DNA of 64,000 nucleotides from PVC group bacterium (ex Bugula neritina AB1) (GTDB lineage Bacteria; GCA-001730085): NCBI GenBank assembly GCA_001730085.1, contig MDLB01000105.1, positions 69 to 64,068 of the forward strand, read 5' to 3'. Shown piece by piece: positions 10,701 to 25,700 of this stretch (position 1 is its first letter; each line of letters starts with the position of its first letter). The notes under the pieces were generated by a model. It saw only the letters and a program-made list of their open reading frames with translations, ran no database searches and was not told where the DNA came from. The position numbers and the translations under genes were made by a program.

Positions 10701-13700
10701 CTCGTCAGAGTGAGAACTAATCTTGTCCCCTCTCGTTATGATCTCATAATTTTGCCCACGATTTTGAGACAAGACATTCGCCAAAGCCGTGAGTCCTTTT
10801 TGCGCACTCCTGTTGGCCTGTCCTCCAAAAAACTCGTAAAGATCATAAGCTTTTGTAGCAAATAACGTTCTCAAGTTTTTAAGTTTACCTAGAAAACCTT
10901 TCCCACCCGTATCAGCGTTTTTCGCAGAAACAAACTTATCCAAAGCTTTGGGACTCTTCAACTCCTTTAAACCAATGATATTCAAAATTTTCTTCGCCAC
11001 AGATGTTTGCCAAAAAGAGGATTTAAAAGATGTACCTAAAGCAGAAACCCCACCTGTTTCCATATACCTTTGGACAAACTGTTTAGAGAGAAAATCTCTC
11101 AAAATGATCGTCGACTCTCCATATTTTAATGCCGAGGTGAAGTTTTCTTTCGAAAAGTCATTTTTGCCAGGTGAATAGCTCAATTGACGTTGTAATGTTC
11201 CCTTCTTAGGATCTAGTTCTAAAAAGTTCTCTTTACCAAATCGAAGAGCTTCACCCTTTTGAAAAATCTGTATACGAACCGTGCCATTTTCGCCTTTTGA
11301 AAACTTAAACTCATACTCTGTGTTATCTGAGACAGATTTTTCTTTAAAGTTTTCACCTCCATTTTCTTCCTGTATCCGTATAAGCTCTTCTGCCATAGGG
11401 GTTTCCATTGCAGAAAAAAAGTTCCTGGCAACTCTTGCCCCGATTTTTGCTGATTTTGGCAAAGGATTTTCGGCTTTAAATCCAGATATCAAAGAAGGGA
11501 TATCCCCTATCATGTGAGCCTCATCCACTAACATGCTGGACTTTGTAAAAATAAGATCCGCGATTTTCGCCTCCAAAACACCCTTCCCTGTTTGTCTAGC
11601 CAAGTGAACCTGCTCCAAAGACATGGCGTCAGAAAAAACAATAAGACCTCCATTCTCTTGACCTTTTTCGATTTTTTTCAATGTTTGTCGCAGGTTAGGA
11701 CCATGTAAACTTTGTCCATCTAGTCGAACATAGGTAACAACCTCTCCCTTTGGCTTATTCGTCAATCCCGCTAAAAAATCATTCTGGTTCAAACTATCCA
11801 TGAAAGATTTCCCCTCCTGCGACATATCAGCTATCGCCTGATTCAGCTTCCCACTGTCGGCAAAAAAAGCGAGAGAAGTCTTCACTGAGTCACCAAAAAG
11901 TAAAGAACTGATCGCTGTAAAAATCGGTGAAATCGTCTTACTTTTCCCTATCCCTGTTACGGCATCTAAAAGATACGACTCTTTACCTAGGATCCTAAAA
12001 GTTTCTTTAAGTCCCGCGATCCTTGTCACAAAAGTGCCTTCTCCTCCATCACCTTTGTATTTATAGTGCTGTATAAAAGTATTAATGACCTCTAGCAAAA
12101 CTTCCACCATCGGCAATCTCTGCGTGTAAGATTCCTTGTTACCTTTATATTTTTTATCAAGAAATTTCAAATATTCCTTACGGACTGCAGAAAAGTTACT
12201 ACCCCCTACAAGAATGATTTGGTCTTCGCTGTCCTTTTTAAAAATAGATTGACCTTTCTCGTTTATAAGATTTTCTGCATTGTCTAAGAATTCAAAAAAA
12301 GAATGCGACACCTCTCGGGCAACCTTTTGAAAAGCTTGCCCACTTAAGCTCAACTTATCGACAACCGATCTCAACATGCGCGCTTGATCCAGAAAAGTTT
12401 TCCTTAAGACAGACTGTCCATCTAAGACCTCCTGTTCCGCCGATAAGGATGACTTTATTTTTGAATCGACATCACGGGCATAGGTGCTGCCCTTTTTACC
12501 CGGCTCTTCTAAAACAGATCCCTTTAATTCAATATCAATCTGACGGGTGATTTGGATCGCCATTTCTAAAGGGTTACCGTTTATCGTATCCAAAGATTTT
12601 TTGGCACTCTTTAAGCCTTTTAGATCTTGTTCCAACATTTGGATTTCTTCCTTTAAGGTCTCTATATCCTTTTTAGCTTTTTCAATAGCGTCTTTGGGCG
12701 TAGATTTACCTTCCATCGCTAACAAGCTATCTTCCATCTGTCCTAATTTTTCTTTGGAAGACTTAATCTTAGCCTGTTGAATGTTTAAAAATTTTTCTAT
12801 GAGTTTTTTAGATTTATCAATGTCTCCATTAAAATGGTTTGTAAGCTTTTCATCAAAATCACCCAGTTTTTTTTCTCGAGACTCTTCAAGGTTTTCCTGA
12901 TTTGACCTTTTTTTGAGTAGTTCAAAAGTTTCTTGAGAAACTTTTAGTTCCTTAAAAAAGCTTTCTTTGGTAATAGCTTTCAAAAAACCCTCAAAATTTG
13001 TACTATCCGATACCCATTTTTTCAAAGCCTCCCCACTATTACTCTTAATGATAGAATGTTTCAAAATAAGGACATCCAGTAAAAGCTTATTCCTTTCATA
13101 AAGTTGTGGATTCACTTTTTTATCTATATCGGCCGACGCTCCTTTGAAAATTTTGACATATAGGTTGTTATATAGTTTTTCTATTTCTTTATCATTCTTT
13201 TTACCAACATGCATTTCAATAAGGTCGAAAACTGTTTTAATGTTTGGAGAAAAATGTGTATTTTTTTCTCCATCCAAAATCTCGTCTATCTCTTTAACAT
13301 TATCTGTAACAAAAACGGTTTCTAAAATTGTTCGAATATCTTTCACCTTCCAACCCGACGCTAATAATTTTTGAAAAGCTCTCTCTATATTTTTCATCTC
13401 TTGAGGAAAGATTTTTTCCACATCTTTCATGTCTGGTTTAACTCCGGAAGCTTTTTGATAAGCCTTCCTCAAAAGATCCTTAGGTAAGGTAGAAAAATCA
13501 GCTTCAAGCAACTTTTCTGTCAAACTTTTTTTGAAACTGCTGCTAAAAGAAGAGTCCGTGGCACCAGCTATTTTTTGTAAAAAACCTTCCATAACTGCTT
13601 CAAAATCACCTAAGGCTTCAATGCCTTTCTCATTTTTTTGTTGCTCTTTAAGAGATTTTTTAGAACGAACACTCCTAAACAAGTCAGGTTCCTTAACCTT

Positions 13701-16700
13701 TTGGATCACATTATCTTGAGCAGATCTATCTAGAGAGTAAAAATCATCAAGTGTACCCATAAAGTTTTTAGAAGCGAGGGATTTTTTCATTTTGTAAAGA
13801 GTTAAAAGAGTGAAAGAAAGAAAAGCTACAGCAGCTATTGGGTGTGCCAAAACTAAACCGATACTTATAAGACTTACTATCCCAATGGTGAGTGCCAACC
13901 AACCCCCTTTACCTTTACCAAAAATACGCTGTGCGATACTATTTTTTTGCGCATCAACCTTAAACTCTTTATTAAAAAGATCTTTCGCTTCGACCGACAT
14001 ATTATTTTTAAGTGTGTTTTTATCAAATTGATCAGAAATATCACCCCATGTGTTGATTTTTAAGCGATACGAAATCCTATACGCAGATAGGATAGACTCA
14101 AGAACTTTAGGTTTATGACCATATCGACTATTCAATCTCTGTGTCGCAGAAAGCATCGCAGAAATATCGCCAGAGGAGTGAAAAAGGTATTCTAGGACTT
14201 TTTTATTTTGAAAATAAACTTCAACTGATTGACCTGAAAAACTCATACGGGCAAGAAAAATATCTATGACCTCTGCCTGCGTTAATTTCCCCGATTGTAT
14301 TTTATTCAAATAGCTCAAAAGTTCCTTAGGAGAGCTCGCTGTTTTATCCAAAATTTTAGCAATATAGGGGAGTTGCTGAAGGTCTTCTAAATTTTTTGAA
14401 GCGATCTTATCCATGGAAACATCATCACCTGTCGACTTGGACTGCGTTAAAAAGTTTGTCAACTGATTGAAAGCTCCAACCAAAATATGAACCCCCACAT
14501 ACCCAATAGCCGCAGCACCTCCTAAAGTTAGCATTGGCGCTAAAAATGCCGGCATGGAGGAAAAAACTGCTCCATAGGCTGGGATACTTCCCAAAATGAT
14601 AACCGTGGCTAACATAAACGTTAACGTTGTTTTAGCTGACTTAACAGGAAAAATACTATTAAATTTAGCAAGTGCAAACTTAAGTTTTCCCATAGGACCG
14701 CTGTCAAACTGCTTACTCGTAACCTTCTTTGAACTAGAGCTTCGGGTGCGTAAACCATTCAGCTGATGAACAACGTTATCCTCTTTTTTATCTTCGGATT
14801 TTTTTTCTTTGATTTCTTTGTTCACTTCCAACGAACTCATCAAACCATCTGAACTCGAGAAATGTAACATTCCACCTTTTTTGAGCAATTGCATCGATAC
14901 AGAAAATCCCATTATAAAAGCAGAAGCTCCACCCATACCAGATGTTATCGGTGCTAAAATAGGTAGCAACCCTCCTAGTGCTGTTAAGGCAAATCCCGCC
15001 GTTACTGTGATTATCGCCGCAACCAAAACTTTTTGAACTAAGCCCATCTTTTTGCCTTTTCCTATAACCAAAGGAAAAATGGGCAAACTGCTTGCCAAGC
15101 CGATACCTATGATCCCCGCGATAGGCAAACCTGTCCCTAAAGATCCCAAGACAACCATCATAGATATCGCGACAATCGCTGCAAGCTTTACAGCTTTCCG
15201 GAAAAGAGGATTTCTCAAATAATTCCTAAAAGCTGCCATCAAATACTCTGCTTTTGAGGGGAACTTCCCATCATTTTTTTCCATGTATTTCATTTCATAA
15301 GTGGCTTTATTAAAATCAGGATCATAGGGTTTTTTCTTAGACTGTATGATTTTTTGAGCATGTAAAAAAGTTTTCTGTGAAAAATTCTGCCCTTTAAAAA
15401 CACTCTTCAGTTGATTCGATAGATAATTTTGGTAAAGAACCTCAAAACTTTCTGTTTTCACAAAACTTTCCATCTCTTTTTGGCTTTCTTTCAATTTTAA
15501 TGAAGCCATTTTATTTTGTGCATCTAAAAGTTCTTTCTGTGCCTCTCCCAGCTTATCCGAAGCACTCGCTTGCTTTTGTTTAAATATATCACCCAAAGTG
15601 ACTTCTATTTTCTGATTACGTAAACTCAACTCATCCATATGATTACGTAAACTCAACTCATCCATATTATTCGGCAAAATCTTAGATATTTTAGGGATCG
15701 TCCCGTCCATATTATTCGGCAAAATCTTAGATATTTTAGGGATCGTCCCGTCCATACTTTGCTGTAATAACTGGTCTATCACCACACGGTTCGCCATGGT
15801 ATTTATCAATTCAGCTCGATACTGCTGAACCATCAAGTTAAAAACAACATCTGTTTTAGCTGCTTCTAACGAGTAGCCAACAAAATCATCCGCCTTGCTC
15901 ATCAAGTTTTGATTGAAATCTTTCATAGAGCCTTGAATGTTAGCTAAAAGCTCCTCCCCTGCCTTAAATTTCTTATCAATATCATTCATATTTACTTCGG
16001 GGAAACTTTTTTGAAAACTTCTCAACTCCTTTTGAATCAAAGAGAAAGTCTCTCGTAAATCCTGCTCACTAGATGCTTTAAAGGAAGAAAGCTTCTCTTG
16101 AAAGCCTTTGATCTCGTCTATTTTAGTTTTCAACTTCGTTATTTCTGCCTGATCGAGTGGAATTTTACTCTCTAGCTGTGCTTTTTGATTTTTTAAATCT
16201 TCCAAAGTATTTTTTATTTTAGTCTCAAACAACTTATATAAACTTTCATTAACTTTATTCAAATTTTTATCCATCCCAGAGCGAGCGCTTGCTGCATAAA
16301 GAGCTTCCATGCGATCAATCTTACTGCTAAGATCTTTCCCTTCTTTTTCTAAACGCTGTATCTCTGGGTTTAAAGAAGGTTCCTTAAGCTCTTTCATGCG
16401 ATCAATCTTACTGCTAAGATCTTTCAATTCTTTTCCTAAACGCTGTATCTCTGGGTTTAAAGCAGGAGCTAAGATTTTCTCCAGAACATTCAATCTCTCT
16501 TCCAAGCGACTCATTTCCTTTGGATCTTGGTCCTTGTTTTTACGCATCGAGTTTAACTTTGACCCAAGAACCCTGGACTCATTTAAAAATTTTTCCACCA
16601 AAAGAAGATGTGCTATTTCCATCATCTCTGGAGCTGTAATACCCGAACGATTAAGCCTCTCCAAAATGAGTAAAAAACTCTCTTTAAGATGCACTTCTTT

Positions 16701-19700
16701 AAGTTCTAAAGCCTCAATCTCTTCTGCCTCTTTTTTACCAACCTTTACTCTATTTTTTTGCTGAATATTGCTCTGGACCGACGTAAGTTCCTTACTTAGA
16801 GTGTCTTTATGATCCATTAATCTTTTTTGTAAAACGACTGGGTCTTCAGGTGAAGAAAACTGCCTTGAAGCGTTCTCCAAATCTTTCAAAGATTTAGAAA
16901 AATGGCTTTCCGCTCGCTTCCCTTTATCTATTTTTTTTAATTCTTCAGATATTTCTTTCGAACGGCTTTTAACCGCGAATTCTATGGCATCATCGGGTTT
17001 AGAAAGGTTTGAAAAGTCAGTTTCGCCTTCTTTGGAAAGGATCTTTTCTTGTATCTCCAAGACTTCTTTTTTAGCTTTGATTTCGCTTATAAGTAACTCC
17101 GAAAAAAGCTCTTTTGATAAAAAGTCTTCGATATCTTTCTTTGCTGATGCGGATAAGTCCCTAGGATTTTTTGAGTGCTGGAGTTGTGTGTAAAACTGAT
17201 AATTCTTGATAAGGTCTTGGATTTCTTTAGAAACAATTGTTTGGTTTTGCATAAGCTCTTTAAGATTGACTTTCGCCTCCCTTAACTCTCTTAGAGCTAA
17301 ATCTCTCTGTTTGAGTAAATTTTGCTTTTGCTTGCCTAAAGCACCGCGTGAAATTTGACTATCAAGCAATGAGATTTCACCTTTTTTGATATCAACTTTT
17401 TCTTTCAAAAGGTATTCGACAGTCCCTTCCTTAGGAAAAATAACAGATCCATCTTTGACTTCATAGCCAAGTTTTTCTAATCGATCTTTGGCTCGTTCAG
17501 CAGCTTTAGGAATCAGCTCTTTGCCACTATCTTCTTTTTTCACATCTTCAGAAACCTCTCGAGCTAAAGGCTTTACTGTATCTTGAGCCGAAGCTGGAGG
17601 TTGCTGACTAGAAGCGTCATCTTCTAAGGGCTTATCTTTTTGTGCCTTATCCGTTGTAGGCGTGATCCCACTCTTTGAATATAAGTGAAGAATGACTTTT
17701 TCATAATGCCCAATTTTTGTCTCGGCTAATCTCAACTGATACTCGAGTTGTGCCTTTTTCGCAGAGAGATCCGGGGACGTATCTGTTTCTAAATCCTTCA
17801 ATTCTTTTTTCATAGCAGAAATATCTTCTTTAATCTCAGTAATCTTTGCCTCGTAATTATCTATAAGTTTCTGTTGACTATCTTTTGCCAAAGCTTCTTT
17901 TTTCTCTTTAGAACTAGGGCTAAGAGATTTTAAAAATTTGACCATTTTTAAGACGCCCAAAGAGACTACTCCTGCTAATAAGATAATCGGAGCAACACCT
18001 GTGATAATATCAAAAAATGTATTAATAACTCGAGAAGGTAATTTTTCTTTCTGTCTCATTTTTAGATAAGAACTAAAGATAGGGAGGTCCTTTATATTAG
18101 GAAGCACTTTTCTCTTTAAAAACCCTTGAGTTTTTGAGATAGGGAGATCCTTTAATTTAGGAGAGGGATGACCGTTAAATCCGAAATCATTTAAAGGGTT
18201 ATTTAATGAGCCATCTTGGTCACTTCTTTCACCTTTCGATAACTTTTGACTAGAGACGACAACAGGTTCGATACCTGCTAAACGTCTAAAATTATTCAAT
18301 TTGACTTGCATATCTCTCACATTAAGACCACTTGCTTCCAAGGTAAGAACCTGTTCGTTCAAGTCTTTTACGGTATTTTTCTTAGCTGACAACGGTAATT
18401 TAGAAAAATACAGCTCCGTATTTTCCAAATTTTTTCGAACAAAATTTGCTTCTAACTTTAAAAGCTCCGGATTCTCAATCTTCCTAATAGAAGCTCTCGC
18501 TTCTGCTCTTGAACCTACCATATCTCCTATTGTTTTATGAAACATCGCTAGAGCTGTCTGTTTCGTGATGGACTTATCTATTGTCGTTAAAGCTCCCACA
18601 TAGTCTTGTTGAACTTTAAAACGAACAGCATCACCTCTTCCTTCTCTCATGGAAGATTTAACTTCTGTCAATATAGCTTGATTTTCTGAGCGGCTCAGGT
18701 TTGTTTTTCCTAAATCTAAAGCACGTCCTTGTGATATGGTATTAGCCAATATCGTTGCACGGGCCTCTACAACCATTTCTTTCGTAGCTCCGGGAGGTAT
18801 CGGCTGATCTTTGGCGATGGCATCTTTGATAAGATTTTGCATTTTTAAAGAGATTTTCTCTTTTAAAAAGTTTTCTTTAGCTTGATCCGTATTTTCTTTT
18901 CTTGTCGATAAAAACCCTAGGGTCGCAACCCTCAAAGCCGTGCCTAAATATTTGTTAATATTTCTTGAATAAGATCCCGCCAGCTGGAAATTCAAAAAGT
19001 TATTCCGATGAACAGATAATTCCACTTTCCCAAAAGAATCCAAACTAACCTCTGCTTTATTAGTAGTAGAAAGTCCAAACTTAGCTTCCTGTAACTTTGT
19101 GACATCTTCGTCTGTCATCGAATCTTTAGCAACTTGCCCACGCATTCCTGCTAAAACAAGACCTTTAAGTCGATCATAAGAGGACTGTTTCTTTTCTTTA
19201 CCTGTGACTTTCTTTTTAATGATTTGAAACAAAGATCCGATATTAAAAGAGTCAAAAGAGGTTCTTAACTTACTCAAAGCTTGATCAAACCTATCCCCCT
19301 TATCTTTGTAAGTTTTAGCGTCCCTGTATTTAAAAAACAATCGGCTGGTATAACCTTTACCATCTTTGATCTTCATAGAAACATGATTATCTGTAGAAAA
19401 TTTTTGGGAAAACCTAGAAGTCAAAGAAGACCAACCGAGTGTAAACTTTTCTCCCATAGAAAATTTACTCGTTTCTAAAAAGTTTTCTATGCTTTTCTTG
19501 TTGGAGGTAGAAATTTTTTCATACATATCCTTTTCTTTTTGGCTTAACTTTTTTACCCCTAAAGATTTAGCTTTCGCCACTAGATCTATATATTTTTCTT
19601 GCATACCATTTTTTTGTAAAAGATCCGCACGATGCCTTTGTATATCCGCAGCCTTATTCTTTGCAGATTTTAATCTAAAAAAAGAAGAGATAGAAGATGT

Positions 19701-22700
19701 GAATTGTTTCAATTTTAGTTTAGCTGTCTTATTTCCCGTAGCTTTAACTACTGAAGAAGCAATACCTCCTAATATATGTTTAAAGACAACCTTTAAAACA
19801 CCTCCGGCAATATTTTTAAAAAGGCCTTGGAATAAACGAAGAGGCAATCCTATGATAGACATGATCATTTCTTGTATTTTACTAACAATCAATGCCGCAA
19901 GCTGTACAATAGCTCTAACGACTCTAATAATAACTTTGAGTACTTTTCCAATAAGACCCAAATATTTCATACCTTTCTCTAAAAACTTTAAGACTTTTGC
20001 TACCCCTTTAAGGACGGAGGAAAGCATCTTTGAGCCCTTACCTTTCATACGAAAGGCCACGACTTCACCTGCCGCTCCCCCTAGGTTAAGCTTATCCATT
20101 CGACCCGCTCCGCCTAACAAGATATTGAAATCAGACTTGATATTCCTTTGCGCTCTAGAGCTTCTCCCAATGGCCGTGAACTGCTCTGCTGTTTTGATCC
20201 CCGACTCTTTCTCAAACCTCGCCACTGGGCCTAAAAGAAAAACAGCCCCTAAGGTTCCAAAAAAGAATTTTTCAAAACCTGTCATGCCTTCTGTATCCCC
20301 AACATATAGTCGAGAAATTTCATTCAAGAGATACCCTTCCTCGGCACCTATAATTTTTTCTATTAAAGCTAAAAACATCCCTAAAAGACCTGTTATTCCG
20401 GCATAAGGGTCATTGATCATAGTGAAAATCATGGAAGGCATCATCACCATGAACTGGATAACAGCAAGCATCATCTGTGCCGCAAAAGCGTAAAACTGAA
20501 TACGGGTTGTCCTTTGACCAGACTTTTTATTTGTCTCCTTATTATCACCATCATCATTACCTTTTTTATCATAAGGAGAAGTGAAAATCTTTTTCCACGC
20601 CTTTTTATCTTTCCCCGCTTGAACCATCATAGCCACAACTGCCGCAATAGCTAAAGCTATTAAAACTATCGTCGCTACGGCTCCTAGTGTGATAATAGAC
20701 AACGCAATAAACACTACGAAAATAGCAGCCCCAATAAGCCCAGAGATAAGAGATGTTTGCTCATCTTTTGTCATCCACGCTTGGATTTTTTCGAAGGCGA
20801 CTTGTAATTCAACAGATAAAAAAGCTGATTTTTTTTCTGAACGACGTATATCTTTCACATTCTCTTCTACAGCGTTTATCCATGAATCCATCAATTTAAC
20901 AAAACCATCTCTAATTAATTTTAAAACCCACTCAATTGCTTTTAGTATAAATCGTACAGCTGTTATAATCCCTTGAACTATTGAAATAAAAAAAGCCGCT
21001 ACCGGATTAGTTTTTGCCTTTTCAAGTTTCTCCACAGCAACGTCTAGCTGTTGATTCGTGATTTCGAATAAGGCCAAAAGCGGTGCAAATAAAATTTGAA
21101 TAACCCCCTTTAGTATTTTAGGTAGAGCGGTTTTGGCAGAATCAAAAGCTTGCATCATGGAGTGTGCTATCGGCCCTACGAAACCCATCACACCTCCTAT
21201 GACACTCGCAAACATTTTTCCATCAACAATGTTATATTGCTGCTGCTTGAGTGTTGCACCAAAAGTGACTGCTAATTTATCACCTATTTTTATACCCAAT
21301 TTTTGGATATCTCTAAAAACTGGAACTTCGCTGAAAAAGTTCACTTTATGAGCAAGTTTTCCCCAAGTGTCGATCATTAAACTCCTTCTACGTCGTCCAT
21401 GAGTCATGATACTCATGTCCGTATAAATGAGTTTATCCTGATCTTTACCACTTTTAACATCAACCCTAAAAAGGTCATATCCACTATTTTCGATATCCGT
21501 GAAATAAAAATACTCTACTTCTACGATCCCATATTCAAAAGTCGAACGTTTTATTTGATAACCATATTCATTCCTAACATCAAAAATTTGCTGAACACGC
21601 ATTTTCTTTTCAAGAACTTTACCGCTTTCTATCGTTGTAAATTTTTTCGTATAAATAGCTGTTCCTGATCTGTCATAAATGACTCCTGGTTGAAACCAAG
21701 GCTCTTCCATCTGTAAAAAATAAGCTTGTCTCCCATTAGGGATATTCCTTGACTCTTTTTTATATACAAGTTCGCGATTAACCTTTCCATTTTTAAACTG
21801 TCTTTTATCTAACTTTGGAGGTAAAAGATAAAGATTCTTTAAGTTAGCTAATAAAGCTTGTCGGTCTTCCTGTGTCAACGTATATTTTTTAGGGTCGAAC
21901 CCAGGAGGTAAGATACTTGTATCCTTAAGCTCACCTCCAAGCAAAAAGTTTATAAAGTTCCTTGTCCTCTCAGGATCAAAGTTCCATGCCCCATAGAAAG
22001 ATCGTGAATGACCACCCTCACCCGAAGGAGCGATAGTATCTTCCATCCATCGATATAGTTGAACTTGCTTGCTCATAGGGTCTAACATATAGTACATGTA
22101 AGCTTTTTTTAAACTCGTTCGTTTGTCTTTATCAAAATCCCAGGAAGGTAAGCTCGTCGTAGTTAAAGCTTCTGGACTCCATAGAATATTTCTTTCTGAA
22201 ATATTTTTTACAAGGTTAAAAAGAGATTTTTTCTGAAGCCCTGTGAGCGTTCTTAAAAACTCTGTTTGAGTTTGATCAAGACCTTCCCTATTTAAAAAAT
22301 CATAACTGCGTGACCTTTCAGATAATTTCTCAAAAAGAAAGGCTTTACCTCCTCCCATCTTTTTTTTGAATAAACTTAAACTTGTTCGGTGGAAAATATC
22401 TGTCAAGACATACTCTTCAACTCTATTCATTCGAATATAACCATTTTCTATTAGTTGACTTAGATCAAAACGGCCTATATTCCTAATGTCTATGACTTGA
22501 TCTTTTCTATCATAAAACTCTCGTTTTATCTTCCCATCTTGATCTATATAGCCTTTACTTTTCAAAAGGTCAAAAATCTTCACAGCTTCTTTTTCATCAT
22601 ACCCCAGCTTTAAAAGATCTCTCGCATCAACAAAAGCTCCACCAACTGCTTCGTCATAACGCAAAGGCTCTAGGCTTGGATTATTATTCAAAGGATTGTC

Positions 22701-25700
22701 TGTCCTTTTTCCTTTAAAAGTATCTTCTTCATAATAGGCTTCTTTACGTATATAAAAGGTTTCTACATCCAAAGCTTGTAATCCTTCAAAAGAATTTTCT
22801 TCCCCTTGTTCTCCTTCATCATTAATAAGCTTGTTAGCATAAGACAAAATGTCTTCGCTATTCATTAAAGAAGGTGAATAATCAAGAATTTCCTGTTCTT
22901 CTGTGCTCAAAAGCCCAATATCTGAAAGATATGTTTTCTTTTTCTCCGAAAAGGGGCTAGCATTATCCATGTCTTTAAAGATACCATCTATTCTATCCCA
23001 GCTATCATCATCTGCTTCTTCACTGTTATCCTCACCCGAAGACTTCTGTCTTTCTCCATCCAATAGAAGACCATAAACCGGTCCCAAGAGTTCGGGACCA
23101 TCTGTGAATTGAAACCACTCATATTTCGTGTCTTTTCTATCGCTCGCATTCACCGTTCCATCTGGAGCTCTTGTGTATTTTTGAGCGGTTAACTGCATAC
23201 CATACTCATCATAGGTCGCATCTTTTAGATATTCACGTGTATAGTTAAAATAATCGTTATAACGAAAAAAGCCTGTGCCTTCTTCTGCAGTAGCTGTAAG
23301 GTCAAAGTTTTTGATTTTAATTAAAACAACTTCACTGTCACTATCAAACCCATAACCTCCGGCAGGTTGTAGATATTTCATATCATCAAGATAATCGAAA
23401 CTATTTTGACCTTTTAAGCGTTTTAAGTCTTCAAGTGTTCCTTCGATGACCTCCATAGAATCAGAATTTTCCACAAAACTTTTAAGGTGGCTAACATGAT
23501 CTTCACCATAAGCATCCAAATCTTCTTTAAGAATAAGAACTTCTCCGGTTTTAGATAAATGATACGCAGACTCGGGAGGGATTTTTGCAAGAAGATCAGG
23601 GTTCATTTGCGAATAGCCACTCCCGCGGATTTTATAAAAAAGCTCGCCATTCTGCCAGTGTTCTGTGAAACCAACTTCTCTTCCCAAACGCATATCAAAA
23701 ATATTTTGAAACTTTTGCCAAGGGGTTTCAGATCCTTTAGAGTATCTATCTATCTGAGTATAAGTCGACCGATCACTACTTATAACATTCCCAAAAAAAT
23801 CTTTTTTATGTGTCGTACTATCACTCATCGTGTACTTTAAAGAAAGGTTTTTAGGATTTTCTACTTCATCTAGACCTTTCAATAGGTGAAGCTTACCCAT
23901 CTCTGTATACAAGTTCTGTGTGTAAGGAGAGTAAATCTCTCTAATGACTTGATCTCTATGGATGCTATTACTGATTTCAGAATAATTTTGACCGTAGTTC
24001 ACAATAGCATCTCCAGCGATTTCTAAAAGATGTCTATGCGAGGCAGTTTCACTAAAAAGTTTAGCGTATATTTCTTTAAGAGAATAAGATAAGTTATTCT
24101 CCTTCTGAATGAAAGCCTGTTTCGCTCTATCATGCTCTTCTTGTAGTGAAGCTTTCTCAAAATCTTCTAAACGTTTTTTTGACGCATGATATTCATTTTC
24201 ACTCAACATAACATCATACAAGCTTCGAATGATCTTATAAGAATCACCTTTTTCATTATTTAAAATCATCTGGTCAAACAAAAGAAACTCTCTCCAACCG
24301 TAAATTTTTTCAAGACTTCCATGTCTTCCAAGACTTTTTAGACCACCTTGCTCATCTATTTGATCAATCGAGTCATACCATTCATGTATGCCTTCTTTAT
24401 GCGAATAAAGTTCTCCCCAAAAAGAATGATCATAATTGACATCTACCGTGCCTAAACGTGATCTTTTGAAAGCTTCTCCCTCTCTTATCGTAAGTTTAAG
24501 GTTCGATCTAGCGACCTCATTTTTTCCGAAATTCTGACCAGATAGAGCATACTCCAAAATATCTTTTATCATTATGGAACCCTTTTGCCATTGATCCCAA
24601 AGGTCTATCCCACTCGCATAGAGGGTTTCATCGAAATCCTCTATTTTTCTAGAATGAGTTTTTGTATGAAAATAATAATCAATATCAGTCTCTATCGAAT
24701 GTTTTATTTCACCGGTCAATTCATTTTTAAAACTTTCAAAGGTTTTAGAAACTTTTTTACCCGTGTATTCTGTTGAATGTCTCATTGTCTTTATATGTCC
24801 ATTCCCATAAACCTTCGGGTATTTCCCACTATGATCGACTTTATAACTCTTATGATCTCTCTCAAAAGACTTAATCCGACCCAAAGTATCTTTGATTTCA
24901 TTGGTGATCACATTTCTTTGAAAACTTTGCAAATATTCTAAAGATCCCTGAGACGTATTCCTATCGTTAAAAAAAGATTTCATCATATCTATATCAAAAG
25001 AAACCTGGGGTAGATATCCTTTCTTAAAAACGAAAATTTCTTCATTGTAAGAAGATTTTTTATATCCATTTTCAATTTCATAAGGAATATCTTCCATTAA
25101 ACCATCTGAACCGATGGTACCTTCTCGAGAAACTATCCTTGCATTCAATATAAGATCTTTAGTTTTTTCACACTCATAGGTGACAGATGCTTGCAACTGC
25201 GTCCCAACATACGTGTTCTTTGTGAAACTAGTGTTCGACGATTTTTGGAAACCTAAGAGATCTCTATGGTTTTCTAAGTCAGAATAGTTTGGATCAAAAT
25301 ATTTGTTAACATTTTCCTGTTTCACTTCACGTGTTAAAAGTTGTCCTCCCACGAGATAAGTCGCAACATTTGTTCTAATCAAACTCTCTTGCTCACCTTG
25401 CTCATTAAGATTTGTTGCAACCAAGTTTTCGTTATTTTCGATGAAGCCTATTCTATTGGTCAATGAGTTGAATAAAATATCAAAAACATCTTCCCTGTAT
25501 ATATTAAGAGCTCCTTGCAACATGAAATCTTCTTTGTTTTTCAGGTCTCTAAGGCTCATTCTTATGCTACCATCCTCTAAAATATAGCCTTTACTCACAA
25601 GGCTCTGCCAAAGAAAATCAACCTGAGATGAATCGAGAATATGTGAAAAAGTTTCTTTATGAATCTTTTTGAGTAAAAAATCATCGTAATTCATAAAATC

